Assembly (NCBI GenBank): GCA_017463405.1
Contig: JAFTPJ010000003.1
Span: 56,103-120,102 of the forward strand
Direction of reading: 5' to 3'
Length of the DNA stretch: 64,000 bases
Source of the DNA: Clostridia bacterium
Lineage (GTDB): Bacteria > Bacillota > Clostridia > Oscillospirales > CAG-272
The notes under the pieces are model-generated. The model worked only from the letters and a program-made list of their open reading frames with translations, was not told the origin of the DNA and did not search any database. The number at the start of each line of letters is the position of its first letter. The first letter of the stretch is position 1. This document shows positions 1 to 9,103 of the stretch, in pieces. Both the position numbers and the translations under genes were made by a program.

Positions 1-210
1 GGGGACGTCGTTCGAAAATTGCTTTTTTTGCGACCAAGTGCGTCCGCGGTCGAGGCTTTCGGTAATCATCAGTCGGGACAGAGAGCGGTCGCCGTGGTGC
101 TTACATTCGGTGAAAATACAGATTAGCTTGCCGCCGTCGGTAAGAATCAGATCGGGCCACGCCTCGTAGATCGCATCGTCGCGACTGATGACAAATTTTT
201 GAATCGACAT
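1..210 (-). CDS. BNR/sialidase-like protein, N-terminal 70 codons only (gene continues beyond the window edge)
   Basis: My own reverse-strand translation from ATG 210..208, with an AAGGAGG RBS just upstream: MSIQKFVISRDDAIYEAWPDLILTDGGKLICIFTECKHHGDRSLSRLMITESLDRGRTWSQKKQFSNDVP. It contains an Asp-box (SLDRGRTW = S-x-D-x-G-x-T-W) typical of BNR/sialidase propellers. It lies immediately downstream (same strand) of a NanA-like lyase. It is absent from the ORF track because it is open-ended. Confidence 0.45.
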   Translation of the reverse strand, partial: MSIQKFVISRDDAIYEAWPDLILTDGGKLICIFTECKHHGDRSLSRLMITESLDRGRTWSQKKQFSNDVP

Positions 211-222
211 AACGGTCCTCCT

Positions 223-1095
223 TTACAAAAGCGGTAAAATTTCGGTAGCAATCATCTTTTTCTGCTCGGCGGTCAGCGGCGCAAAGGGAGCGCGGCTCTC
301 GCCGAAGTCCAATCCCATTTGGGTAAGGACCTCCTTCTCGCCCTGCATCACGCCTACGCGGCAGAGCACGGCAATGATGCGGTTGATCTCCTTTTGCAAT
401 GCATCCGCCTCCTGTATCCGACCGTCCCGGAACAGCTCGCACAAACGGAGAAATTTTTCCGCCATAAAATTATAGGTGCTGCCGATGCCGCCGTCCGCCC
501 CCATCGAAAGTCCTGCCAGCATCATTTCGTCAAAGCCGTTGTAAACGATCTTGTCAGGAAATGCGATTTTGAACTGCGAGAGTGCGAAATAGTCGTTTGA
601 GGTATGTTTGACGCCGATGAAGCGATCGTCGGTGAGAAATTCTCCCATTTGTGCAACTGATAGATTGACACCCGAAAAATTCGGGAAGTTGTAGACGATC
701 ATTGGGAGCGAGACCGAGGTGACGATATCATAATAGTATTGCTTGATTTCCGCAAAGGAAAATTTGTAGTAAAAGGGTGCGACGGCGGAAATTGCGTCGT
801 AGCCGAGCGAGTCTGCAAGTCGGGCGTAGCACTTTGCGCGATCGGTGGAAACGTCTCCGACATGCGCGATCAGAGCGGCGCGCGAGCCGACGATTTCCTT
901 GACCGTACGGTATAAAGCTTTGCGCTCCTCGGGGGTCAACAGGAACACCTCGGCGGTGCTTCCCGCGACGTAGAAGCCCCGTACCCCTTTTTTGATGTTC
1001 ATTTCGATCAGCGCCTCAAGTGCGCGGTTGTTGATGCTACCGTCCTTACCGAACGGAGTCAGAAGGGCAGGGAAAATCCCTTTTAATAGATTCAT
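223..1095 (-). CDS. nanA: N-acetylneuraminate lyase (DapA/NanA class-I aldolase family)
   Basis: ORF track 223..1128. I trimmed the start to ATG 1095 (MNLLKG), which has an AAGGAGAG RBS. The motif series GSTAE, FYYKFSF, GVKHT, AFPDK, GFDEM and GSTYN matches the pattern of clostridial NanA lyases. Confidence 0.8.
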   Translation of the reverse strand: MNLLKGIFPALLTPFGKDGSINNRALEALIEMNIKKGVRGFYVAGSTAEVFLLTPEERKALYRTVKEIVGSRAALIAHVGDVSTDRAKCYARLADSLGYDAISAVAPFYYKFSFAEIKQYYYDIVTSVSLPMIVYNFPNFSGVNLSVAQMGEFLTDDRFIGVKHTSNDYFALSQFKIAFPDKIVYNGFDEMMLAGLSMGADGGIGSTYNFMAEKFLRLCELFRDGRIQEADALQKEINRIIAVLCRVGVMQGEKEVLTQMGLDFGESRAPFAPLTAEQKKMIATEILPLL

Positions 1096-1228
1096 AGATG
1101 GGTCTCTCCTTTCTTGATGTGCCTTCATTATACGACAAGAAAATGAAAAAATATAGCGAAATATTGCTCTATAATTGACTTTTCTTGCTTTTTATGGTAT
1201 AATAAAGGAATGAAACGGAGGTGAGGGG

Positions 1229-2029
1229 ATGGAAACCGATTTTCAATATCGCCACACGGTCGGCAAGGATTCATTGCAGAACGTGAAGCATTCGCACAAT
1301 GCGGTGGAAATCTTATTTGTACAGCGAGGACGCGGTGTTGTTACTGTTGGGGAGCATATCTATCCGCTCTCACCGAACGGTCTGTATTTTATCGGTGCCA
1401 ATACGTTGCACTACACCGCTCCTGTTGAGAATGAGCAGTATGTGCGAAGCGTTGTGAATATTTCCACGGAGTATTTTTCTTGCCTGTGTGAGGTGACGGG
1501 TTACGAAGAAATTGCAAGACGTCTGCAGGAGCGGTGCTGTATTATGTCGGACGGAGAGGCGGCGGCACGGGTCAGTGCGGCTATGGAGCGGATGCAATCC
1601 GAGGATTTGCGCGAGCGTGTGCGGGCGCTCCTTGATGTGTTGGAGATTGCCGACAGTCGGGATATCTTTGTGCCTGCATTTGAAAGTAAGGTATCGGAAA
1701 TTATGGCATATGTCAACCGTAATATCGGAGAACCGTTGACCTTGGACGGGATTTCGGCGCATATGTTCATCGGAAAATACTACATGTGCCATCTGTTCAA
1801 GCGAACAACAGGCATGAGCATTGCACAATACGTGCTCCTGCAACGGCTTTCCCTTTGTAAGCGCCTTTTGCTTTCCAGCGACAAAAGTATTTCGGAAATT
1901 TCCATGGAGTGCGGCTTTTCGTCGTTTTCCTATTTTTGCCGCGCATTTTTCAAAAGCGAAGGCATGAGCGCGGGGGATTTTCGGAAACGATTTGCCGAAA
2001 AACGCATCATGTATGTAAAAAACGGATAA
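1229..2029 (+). CDS. AraC-family transcriptional regulator (cupin sensor + double HTH)
   Basis: 266 aa. The C-terminus SIAQYVLLQRLSLCKRLLLSSDKSISEISMECGFSSFSYFCRAFFKSEGMSAGDFRKR is a canonical AraC HTH. It is divergent from the nanA-like gene. Confidence 0.85.
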   Translation: METDFQYRHTVGKDSLQNVKHSHNAVEILFVQRGRGVVTVGEHIYPLSPNGLYFIGANTLHYTAPVENEQYVRSVVNISTEYFSCLCEVTGYEEIARRLQERCCIMSDGEAAARVSAAMERMQSEDLRERVRALLDVLEIADSRDIFVPAFESKVSEIMAYVNRNIGEPLTLDGISAHMFIGKYYMCHLFKRTTGMSIAQYVLLQRLSLCKRLLLSSDKSISEISMECGFSSFSYFCRAFFKSEGMSAGDFRKRFAEKRIMYVKNG

Positions 2030-2087
2030 AAAGAGTGCGTCCGAACGGACCTGCGATCAAGCAGGTCGTTTGGACGCATGTTGTTTT

Positions 2088-4178
2088 TTATACGCGGAAC
2101 ATCATATCTCCGTAGGTCGGGACGGGCCACAGGTCGGAGGAGGTGAGAACCTCCATGCCGTCGACAGCGGCGCGAAGCGTAGTCATAACGGGCAGAACTT
2201 TAGTGCAGTAGTATTCGGCGCGCTCCTTTGCGTCTTCGATCGACGCGGCGGTGGATTCCTCGGACTTCAGCGTTTCAATCGCGCTGTATGCCTGCGCCAC
2301 GAGGTCGGACAGACGGCGGATGATGTCCTGCTCCACCGTGCAGGAGATTCCTTCACAAACGATGCGTTTCTTTGCCGCGGAGTTCGCAATCTCGGCGATA
2401 TAACGCTCTGCCGCGGGGATATAATCGCGCGATGCCATGACGATCATGGTCAATGCCTCGATGTTGACGATCTTGGCGTAGTTTTCAAAGTAGATCTCCT
2501 CGCGCGAGCGCATTTCGGTTTCGCTCATGACACCGTGAGAGGAGAAGAGTGCGATATTTTTGGGATCCATGAAGGTCTTGTAGGCGTCGACGGTGGTGGG
2601 CAGATTGGCAAGTCCGCGTGCCGCTGCCTCACGCTCCCAATCCTCGGAATAGCCGTTGCCGTCGAAGATGATGCGCTTATGTGCCGCGAAGGTTTTTTTG
2701 ATCAGTCTTGCGATTGCAGACTCGAGGTTTTCCGCCTGCTCGAGTTCATCCGCAAACTGACGGAAGGACTCCGCGACGGCGGTGTTGAGTACGGTATTGG
2801 GCATTGCAATATTCTGTGACGAGCCAGGCATACGAAACTCGAATTTGTTACCTGTGAACGCGAAAGGTGAGGTACGGTTACGGTCGGTAGTGTCCTTGCG
2901 GAACACGGGGACTGTGGGGATACCGAGGTCCATCATTGCCTTTTTCGCGCCCTTATAGGCGGTACCGTCCACGATCGAATCGATCAAAGATTCCAGCTCC
3001 TCGCCGACGAAGACCGAGACGATGGCGGGAGGTGCTTCATTTGCGCCCAAACGGTGGTCGTTTCCTGCGTGCGCGACCGAAATACGCATCAACTCCTGGT
3101 AGTCGTCGACCGCCTTGATGATTGCCGCGAGAATCAGAAGAAACTGCATATTTTCCTCGGGAGTCTTTCCGGGATCAAGCAGATTTTTGCCATTTGCCGA
3201 GATCGACCAGTTGTTGTGCTTGCCGCTTCCGTTGACACCTGCGTAGGGCTTTTCGTGAAGCAGGCAGACAAGCCCGTGGCGTTCAGCGATTTTTTTCATA
3301 TATTCCATCGTCAACAGATTTTGGTCGACGGCGATATTTGCGGTGGCATAGATGGGAGCGAGCTCATGCTGTGCAGGCGCCGCCTCGTTGTGTTTGGTTT
3401 TGGCATTGATGCCCATAATCCAGAGCGCCTCATCCAAATCGGACATAAACGCCGCAATGCGAGTTTTGAGAGGACCAAAATAGTGATCCTCCAGCTCCTG
3501 ACCCTTAGGGGCGGGGGCTCCGAAGAGGGTGCGTCCCGTGTAGACCAGATCCTTGCGGCGGTCGTACATTTTTTTGTCAATGATAAAGTATTCCTGCTCG
3601 GCACCGACGGTGATATCCACTCGCTTGCTCTGCGTGTCGCCGAACAGACGCAGGATGCGGAGCGCCTGATTGCTTAACGCCTCCATGGAGCGTAGCAGCG
3701 GAGTCTTGCTGTCGAGCGCCTCGCCCGTGTAGGAACAGAAGGCGGTGGGAATATAGAGCGTGCCGTCCTTGACAAACGCATAGGATGCGGGATCCCATGC
3801 CGTATAGCCGCGCGCCTCAAAGGTCGCGCGAAGACCGCCCGAGGGGAAGGATGAGGCATCGGACTCACCATGGATCAGCTCCTTGCCCGAAAATTCCATC
3901 ACGACCTTGCAGGCGCCGACGGGAGAAATGAATGCGTCGTGTTTTTCTGCGGTTACCCCCGTGAGCGGCTGAAACCAGTGAGTATAGTGCGTGGCGCCCT
4001 TTTCCACAGCCCAATCCTTCATGGCGTTGGCAACCACATCGGCGATTGTGGGGTCGATGGTTTTGCCGGTTGCGATGGTCTTGGTCAGCGATTTGTAGAC
4101 TTCCTTGGGAAGTCTTTCGCGCATGACGTCGTCGTTAAAGACCATGGAACCGAAAATTTCGGAAATCTTTTTCTCCAT
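2088..4178 (-). CDS. glnN: Glutamine synthetase type III
   Basis: 696 aa. The length and the N-terminus (FGSMVFNDDVMRERLPKEVYKSL...THYTHWFQPLTG) are typical of ~700-aa type III glutamine synthetases. The ATG has an RBS. Confidence 0.85.
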   Translation of the reverse strand: MEKKISEIFGSMVFNDDVMRERLPKEVYKSLTKTIATGKTIDPTIADVVANAMKDWAVEKGATHYTHWFQPLTGVTAEKHDAFISPVGACKVVMEFSGKELIHGESDASSFPSGGLRATFEARGYTAWDPASYAFVKDGTLYIPTAFCSYTGEALDSKTPLLRSMEALSNQALRILRLFGDTQSKRVDITVGAEQEYFIIDKKMYDRRKDLVYTGRTLFGAPAPKGQELEDHYFGPLKTRIAAFMSDLDEALWIMGINAKTKHNEAAPAQHELAPIYATANIAVDQNLLTMEYMKKIAERHGLVCLLHEKPYAGVNGSGKHNNWSISANGKNLLDPGKTPEENMQFLLILAAIIKAVDDYQELMRISVAHAGNDHRLGANEAPPAIVSVFVGEELESLIDSIVDGTAYKGAKKAMMDLGIPTVPVFRKDTTDRNRTSPFAFTGNKFEFRMPGSSQNIAMPNTVLNTAVAESFRQFADELEQAENLESAIARLIKKTFAAHKRIIFDGNGYSEDWEREAAARGLANLPTTVDAYKTFMDPKNIALFSSHGVMSETEMRSREEIYFENYAKIVNIEALTMIVMASRDYIPAAERYIAEIANSAAKKRIVCEGISCTVEQDIIRRLSDLVAQAYSAIETLKSEESTAASIEDAKERAEYYCTKVLPVMTTLRAAVDGMEVLTSSDLWPVPTYGDMMFRV

Positions 4179-4232
4179 AGGAGTTCATCCTTTCTGCGAT
4201 TGAAGACGCATAAAAAATAAAAAATCATAATT

Positions 4233-4261
4233 ATTATATACCATGTTTTCGATTTTGTCAA
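4233..4261 (-). promoter_or_regulatory. sigma70/SigA-type promoter for glnN
   Basis: The reverse complement reads TTGACA-aaatcgaaaacatggta(17)-TATAAT, about 55 nt upstream of the ATG at 4178. Confidence 0.6.
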
Positions 4262-4293
4262 TCCCAACATCGGATTTTTCTTGCGGGAAACAG

Positions 4294-4338
4294 AAAAGGA
4301 TATGCCAAATGCGAAAAACGCACAGGGCTTATCCTTTT
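4294..4338 (-). terminator. Hairpin terminator after the GH20-like gene
   Basis: Arms aaaaggatatgcc (4294..4306) and ggcttatcctttt (4326..4338) are complementary with one mismatch. The U-run forms part of the 3' arm on the minus-strand transcript. Confidence 0.5.
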
Positions 4339-4346
4339 GGGTTGCT

Positions 4347-6476
4347 TTATCGCATAAAGCGGAAAATCTCGGAATCGGGAAGCGAAAGGGCGAAGTCGCC
4401 GCCGGCTTTGACGTGCTCGCGTAGCTCGATGTAGTACTGACGGAATACGCTCATGTTACGCAGATAGGTATACTGCGATGCGGGGAAGCGCACGGTTTCG
4501 GTCAGGTTCATTACACGCTCACGTTGTGCGATCAGGCGATCCAGCTCGCTTACGAGTGCGAATTTGTCAAGTGTGCCGGCCTCCTTCTCATCGTAGAAGC
4601 GCCAGAGTGTGAGGTACTCGTCGGCAAGGATCTGATAATGCTTTGCGTTGAGCAACCACATATCGTTATAAAAGCCAGCGTCTCGGCTGCGGTTTTCAAA
4701 GAAATCAATGGCAAGCGCGGATTTTTCTGCAAGCATTTGCAGATAGTCGCGGAAGCGCTTTTTCTCGGGCAGGATAACAACGTCGAAGACCGACTGCGGG
4801 AAGGGGTTGAGAGTCAGTGTCGGATCGTCCGAGGAATAGGGCTTGCGGTAGCAGTAGAAGTAATATTCGAGCTTATAGCATGCGCTGTTCATGTAGCTTG
4901 CGTGTGTCTCGTCCTCCATGGCGATGCTCATTGCTTCAAGCGCGACAGATGCCTCCGATTCGCTATTGGGGAATCGCAAACATGCATACCGTTTGTCAAA
5001 ATCGGCAACGTCAAGGGCACGATCGGTGTTCCAAGCAGCTTCGGCGAGGCAGTAGTAATTCTTATCGTAGCAGTATTCTAGCGAGCTGTATGCCTCCATA
5101 CCTTCAAAGCCGTGCTTTCTTGCCACTTCGGCGCAGGCGCGGATATTGGGATTGTTTTCGGTCGGGATCGTCCAATGATAGTATCCGGTAAAGGGCTTGA
5201 TGGTGCTACGGAAAAGTCCGTTGACACCGTCGACCTTATCCCAGAACAGATGATCGGGATCCTCATACGTCCACCAGTCAAGAATGACTTCGTTGTAGAT
5301 GTCCTCCTTGATAAACAGCTCCTTCAGCTCCTCGTTGACGCAATTAAAGGAGTTATAGAGCATATCATGGTAAACGTAGATGTTTTTCATACCGCGCGAC
5401 TTTAAGTTCTTACAAAGGCGGATGATGAGTTCGATCATCAGCTCCTGATGCGTGCTGTCCTTACATTTCGGGCATTTGCAGATGTGTGCACCGTAGACCT
5501 CGTCCAGACCGATCTGGATGGAGTCAATGCCGTTGGGGGCGAGGTAGCGGTCGATGATCTCATCGTAAATGTTGAGCAGAAGCTCATAGGTCTTTTCTTC
5601 TCTTGTGCAGAAGCCGTAGCCGGAGGGCGTGCCGTCCTCGCGCTTTGCGGAAACCTCCGGGAAGGTAGAGGGGATGAGACTGTTGTGACCGAGGCTGTTG
5701 AACAGCGGCTTAACGGTGACATTCTTTTTCTTACCGTATGCGATGATCTCACCGAGATAGTCCTCACGGAACATGGTGGGGAGCTCATTGCTGCGGTATA
5801 TCCATTTGTTTTCTCTGGCCGAGAAATAGCGGATGCTTTTGGGCGTTTTTAATTCGGGGTATTTTTTGAGCGGAACGTAGAGGTATTCGGCGCGCACGTC
5901 GTCGTACTGATAGGTCCAGCACCCGTAGACGCCGATGGTGAGCTGGTTGTTCTTCATGGATGCGAAATAATCGATTGCGCGCATCCAGTCCTCACGTGTC
6001 AGAAATTCGGTTCCGTAGCGGCACTCAATGAAGTTTCCGCGGCGAGCAAAGTCGGGATAGTCAACGATGGTGCAGAGCGGGAGGCAGACGTTGACACCCT
6101 CCATGTGCAGAAGCTGTGCAAAGGTAACTGCCGCGTAATACGCACCTGCGACATCCTTTCCGCAAAGCGTGCATGCGTTTTCGGTGATCTCAATGGAATA
6201 TGCCTCTGCCTTGTCGACATCCGCAAAGCAAGAAGCACCGGCGTCCACGCAGATGGTAACCCGATACGAGGCATTGACGCTGTCGGTATCAAAAATACAG
6301 AGCTTGTCTGCAAATGTTTTTTGCAGAAGCGCGACCGCTTCTGCGAACACGGGGGAGTCGTTTTCTTTGACTGTGAGAGTGAAATCGGGGGCATGGAGGC
6401 GCCCGATGACGACGTCACCGCCGGTTTTCGTTACTCTTTGGGGATAGGGGATGAGTGCTTTTTCCAGACTGTACAT
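4347..6476 (-). CDS. GH20-like putative glycoside hydrolase (family assignment tentative)
   Basis: 709 aa with no signal peptide. An N-terminal GH20b-like region is followed by IVDYPDFARRG, the GH20-type D-x-P-x-F-x-x-R-G junction into a barrel. A Cys cluster HICKCPKCKD occurs later. AAGGAG RBS present. Confidence 0.5.
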   Translation of the reverse strand: MYSLEKALIPYPQRVTKTGGDVVIGRLHAPDFTLTVKENDSPVFAEAVALLQKTFADKLCIFDTDSVNASYRVTICVDAGASCFADVDKAEAYSIEITENACTLCGKDVAGAYYAAVTFAQLLHMEGVNVCLPLCTIVDYPDFARRGNFIECRYGTEFLTREDWMRAIDYFASMKNNQLTIGVYGCWTYQYDDVRAEYLYVPLKKYPELKTPKSIRYFSARENKWIYRSNELPTMFREDYLGEIIAYGKKKNVTVKPLFNSLGHNSLIPSTFPEVSAKREDGTPSGYGFCTREEKTYELLLNIYDEIIDRYLAPNGIDSIQIGLDEVYGAHICKCPKCKDSTHQELMIELIIRLCKNLKSRGMKNIYVYHDMLYNSFNCVNEELKELFIKEDIYNEVILDWWTYEDPDHLFWDKVDGVNGLFRSTIKPFTGYYHWTIPTENNPNIRACAEVARKHGFEGMEAYSSLEYCYDKNYYCLAEAAWNTDRALDVADFDKRYACLRFPNSESEASVALEAMSIAMEDETHASYMNSACYKLEYYFYCYRKPYSSDDPTLTLNPFPQSVFDVVILPEKKRFRDYLQMLAEKSALAIDFFENRSRDAGFYNDMWLLNAKHYQILADEYLTLWRFYDEKEAGTLDKFALVSELDRLIAQRERVMNLTETVRFPASQYTYLRNMSVFRQYYIELREHVKAGGDFALSLPDSEIFRFMR

Positions 6477-6497
6477 AAAACTCTCCTTTCCGATGTG

Positions 6498-7298
6498 TCA
6501 GTGCTTGGGGTAGATGCGGTATCGGTGAACGATGTTCAGATCCTCTTCCATATCCAGCCCGTGTGATCCGAGTTTTCCATCGATCTCATGGCAACCGTGG
6601 TCCATTGCAAAGCCAACCAACGTGTTGTGCTTGCCCCAGTAGCGCTCGATCAGGACGCTGAAGGTCGCAAAGATCTCGGAATTTGCGCGTGCCTCGCCGA
6701 GCGCTTCGATGCTCTCGGGGGCGTAGCGGTGCATAAAGGAATCGTAGTTGCCGTTGTAGACGGCGATGAAATCGTATTCGTCACGGATGATCAGCTCGCA
6801 TGCCTTGGCGTTGACCTCCTCGATCGTTTCGTAGATATAATAGTCCATTTCGCGGTCGAGATAGATCATTGCCATGCTGCAATCCTTTTCTGCGACGATC
6901 GCGCACTTCTTTCCCGCACGGATCATGGCGTCAAAGAGCGAATCCGTCTTGATAACGGGCTTTTCGTATTTGCGGATGCCGTGCACCTCGGGCTGCACGC
7001 CCGTGTACATGGTGCCGAAGCAAACCGGCGTGACCGAGGGCATGACCGTGCAGAACGGAAGTGAGAGATCGGTACGCTTGGTCGTCTCGGTGAACAGCTG
7101 CGGATATTTTTCATAGACCCACTGTGCGATTGCGTCGGGATTATACATAAAAAGGCGGTCGGCTCGCTCACCGTTCAACTTTTCCGCAACGTATGCGGAA
7201 AGCGCTTCGTTTGGAGCGGCTGCCTGATTGGGGGCATCAATTCCCATGGCGTCGGCGAGAGCGGCGCATAATGTGTCAAGTGAGATTGGATTCAGCAT
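6498..7298 (-). CDS. Alkaline-phosphatase superfamily metalloenzyme (type I phosphodiesterase/nucleotide pyrophosphatase-like)
   Basis: 266 aa. Motifs MPSVTPVCFGTMYTG (nucleophile region) and AMDHGCH (DHG-x-H metal site) are present. AAGGAGG RBS. Confidence 0.6.
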   Translation of the reverse strand: MLNPISLDTLCAALADAMGIDAPNQAAAPNEALSAYVAEKLNGERADRLFMYNPDAIAQWVYEKYPQLFTETTKRTDLSLPFCTVMPSVTPVCFGTMYTGVQPEVHGIRKYEKPVIKTDSLFDAMIRAGKKCAIVAEKDCSMAMIYLDREMDYYIYETIEEVNAKACELIIRDEYDFIAVYNGNYDSFMHRYAPESIEALGEARANSEIFATFSVLIERYWGKHNTLVGFAMDHGCHEIDGKLGSHGLDMEEDLNIVHRYRIYPKH

Positions 7299-7331
7299 AG
7301 CTGTCCTCCTTGCTATTTTTTTACATAGATG

Positions 7332-7359
7332 ACGGGCGCAGGCAAGCGCCTGCGCCCGT
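7332..7359 (-). terminator. GC-rich perfect hairpin between the Gfo/Idh/MocA gene and the AP-family gene (attenuator or terminator)
   Basis: acgggcgcagg (7332..7342) pairs with cctgcgcccgt (7349..7359), an 11-bp perfect stem. There is no clear U-run on either strand, so the function is uncertain. Confidence 0.35.
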
Positions 7360-7441
7360 TGAAAATATTATAACTTATTTTTTCTGATTTGTAAATATCC
7401 TTTTTGTTGTTTTATTTATCATTTTTTTGGATATCGTAAAA

Positions 7442-8680
7442 TTATTTTGCCACGATTGGAATTTCAATCACGTCACGCGGCTTGCGCACCGTCCAAAGAC
7501 CTCCTGTGAAGTCGGGAATCGCCTGCGGCATACCTCCGGTGGCGACCGAAGCGGCAGAGAGCGCAGTGATGCTCATCCAAGCGGCGGCATCGTAGACATC
7601 GATCGGCATTTCGGTGTTGTTTTTGAGAGCGTTTATGAATTGACGGAACTCGATGCCGTCCATGCCGCCGTGTCCGATCGCGATTTCCTCGGGTGTGATC
7701 TTGCTCCAGCAATCGGGCAGGTAATCGGGCTCAAAGCGAACGGCATTGTTGACGTTTTTGTTAGCGAATTCTGCAGGCTCCCAATATTCTTTCTCTCCAT
7801 CCAGATAGACAAGATTGAGATCCTGCGTGTAAAGTCCGCGCGTGCCGCGGAGCGTAAATTCGCGAGAATAGGAGCGAGGCAGCGTGGTGTCAAGGCGCAG
7901 AGTGATCGTGGAGCCGTCAGCGCAAGTAATGATTGTGTTGACAATATCACCCTGACGGAAAGGTTTTCCGACGAGGTCCGGATATCGATCTGCGTGACGT
8001 GCGATGTAATCCTGCATTCCGACTGCCTTGGAGGCGACGGAAACGAGAGAGAGCATCTGATTTCCGCGATTGATATTGAGCACCTTTGCGATCGGTCCCA
8101 ATTCATGTGTGGGATAATTTTCGCAGTTGCGGGTAAGGTAGTTGCGCAAACGGTAGTGACGGTTGATTTCGCCACCGGCAATCTCCCCGCAAAGATAGTG
8201 CGCGTAGCATCCGTGGGCATGGACGATCTCGCCGAGAAGTCCGTTGCGCACAAGGGAGGTTGCAAGCAGCTCATCCTTTCCGTAACAGCAATTTTCCATA
8301 AACATCAAAGGTGTGGCAGTTGCTTCTTGCGTGCGCACCATATCCCACAGTGGCTCGATGCTATATGCGCCGCCGACCTCAAGCGCGACAGGAATGCCCT
8401 TTTTCAAGGCGTCGATTGCGACCTCGACGTGCGTTTCCCACGAGGTGGAAACGAGAACGGCATCCAATGCGTCCATGTTCAGTATATCCAAATAATTCGT
8501 TGAGCCGCAGGGACGCTTAAAGCCTGCTTTTTCGATAATGTCTTGCGCCTTTTCGACGCGATCTGCATAATTGTCACATACGGCAACGATCTCCACGTCT
8601 GGTAATTTGAGAAGAACGTCCCTTGTCAGTCCGTGGCCTCTTTGTCCGAAGCCGATGACACCCATTTTTACTTTATCCAT
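7442..8680 (-). CDS. Gfo/Idh/MocA-family NAD-binding oxidoreductase (possibly GH109-type glycosidase)
   Basis: 412 aa. It has an N-terminal Rossmann MGVIGFGQRGHG...AVCD and a GGAGGTG RBS. The GH109 idea is inference from size and glycan context only. Confidence 0.75.
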   Translation of the reverse strand: MDKVKMGVIGFGQRGHGLTRDVLLKLPDVEIVAVCDNYADRVEKAQDIIEKAGFKRPCGSTNYLDILNMDALDAVLVSTSWETHVEVAIDALKKGIPVALEVGGAYSIEPLWDMVRTQEATATPLMFMENCCYGKDELLATSLVRNGLLGEIVHAHGCYAHYLCGEIAGGEINRHYRLRNYLTRNCENYPTHELGPIAKVLNINRGNQMLSLVSVASKAVGMQDYIARHADRYPDLVGKPFRQGDIVNTIITCADGSTITLRLDTTLPRSYSREFTLRGTRGLYTQDLNLVYLDGEKEYWEPAEFANKNVNNAVRFEPDYLPDCWSKITPEEIAIGHGGMDGIEFRQFINALKNNTEMPIDVYDAAAWMSITALSAASVATGGMPQAIPDFTGGLWTVRKPRDVIEIPIVAK

Positions 8681-8720
8681 GATTCAACACCTCCGTTGAA
8701 AAAATGATTTTGCAACTGTC

Positions 8721-8749
8721 ATTATAAACGAAAAAAAGACATCTGTCAA
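8721..8749 (-). promoter_or_regulatory. sigma70/SigA-type promoter for the 8680..4347 gene string
   Basis: The reverse complement reads TTGACA-gatgtctttttttcgtt(17)-TATAAT, about 40 nt upstream of the ATG at 8680. Confidence 0.6.
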
Positions 8750-8956
8750 TAGAAAAACGGATACAGATTTTATAAAATCGGGTACCGTCTGTTTTATTTT
8801 GCATCATTTTGTAAAAATATTAAATTAGAATTAGAATATTTATAAAAAATGGATTATAAGATAAAAAAAGCTTATAGAAAAGAGGTGAAAGAGGAAAAGA
8901 AGAATGGTAATATGTGAAAAAACTTTCGAAAAAACAAAAAAAGTCGCAATTTGCTA

Positions 8957-8985
8957 TTGACAAGCGAGCGATTTAATGGTATTAT
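8957..8985 (+). promoter_or_regulatory. sigma70/SigA-type promoter (extended -10) for the giant surface-protein gene
   Basis: TTGACA (8957..8962), a 17-nt spacer ending in TGG, then TATTAT (8980..8985). It sits in a ~420-bp AT-rich intergenic region, about 120 nt upstream of ATG 9104. Confidence 0.55.
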
Positions 8986-9103
8986 ATTATATGTATAAGC
9001 ATTTTCGGTTCCTACGCGTATGCGTAAGCGCGTAGAACCAAGTCGAAAATGACCGTTCGGGAAAACTCCGCGAGCGGAATCTGAAACAAAGCGAGGTTTT
9101 GTT

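Noticed and set aside
101-442. A 113-aa minus-strand ORF spanning the junction of the BNR-like and nanA-like genes.
   Set aside because: It is out of frame with both real genes. The R/G/C-rich product overlaps the well-supported NanA C-terminus and the BNR-like N-terminus.
2070-2819. A 249-aa plus-strand ORF, and other 60-200-aa ORFs, overlapping glnN. Similar small track ORFs lie inside confidently called genes throughout the window.
   Set aside because: They are fully nested within longer ORFs that carry clear family motifs. They have G/R/C-rich or low-complexity translations and lack RBSs.
4179-4346. A possible glutamine riboswitch or T-box leader upstream of glnN.
   Set aside because: The consensus promoter at 4233..4261 leaves a ~55-nt leader with no conserved structure that I can recognise. 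The rest of the spacer is the terminator of the upstream gene.
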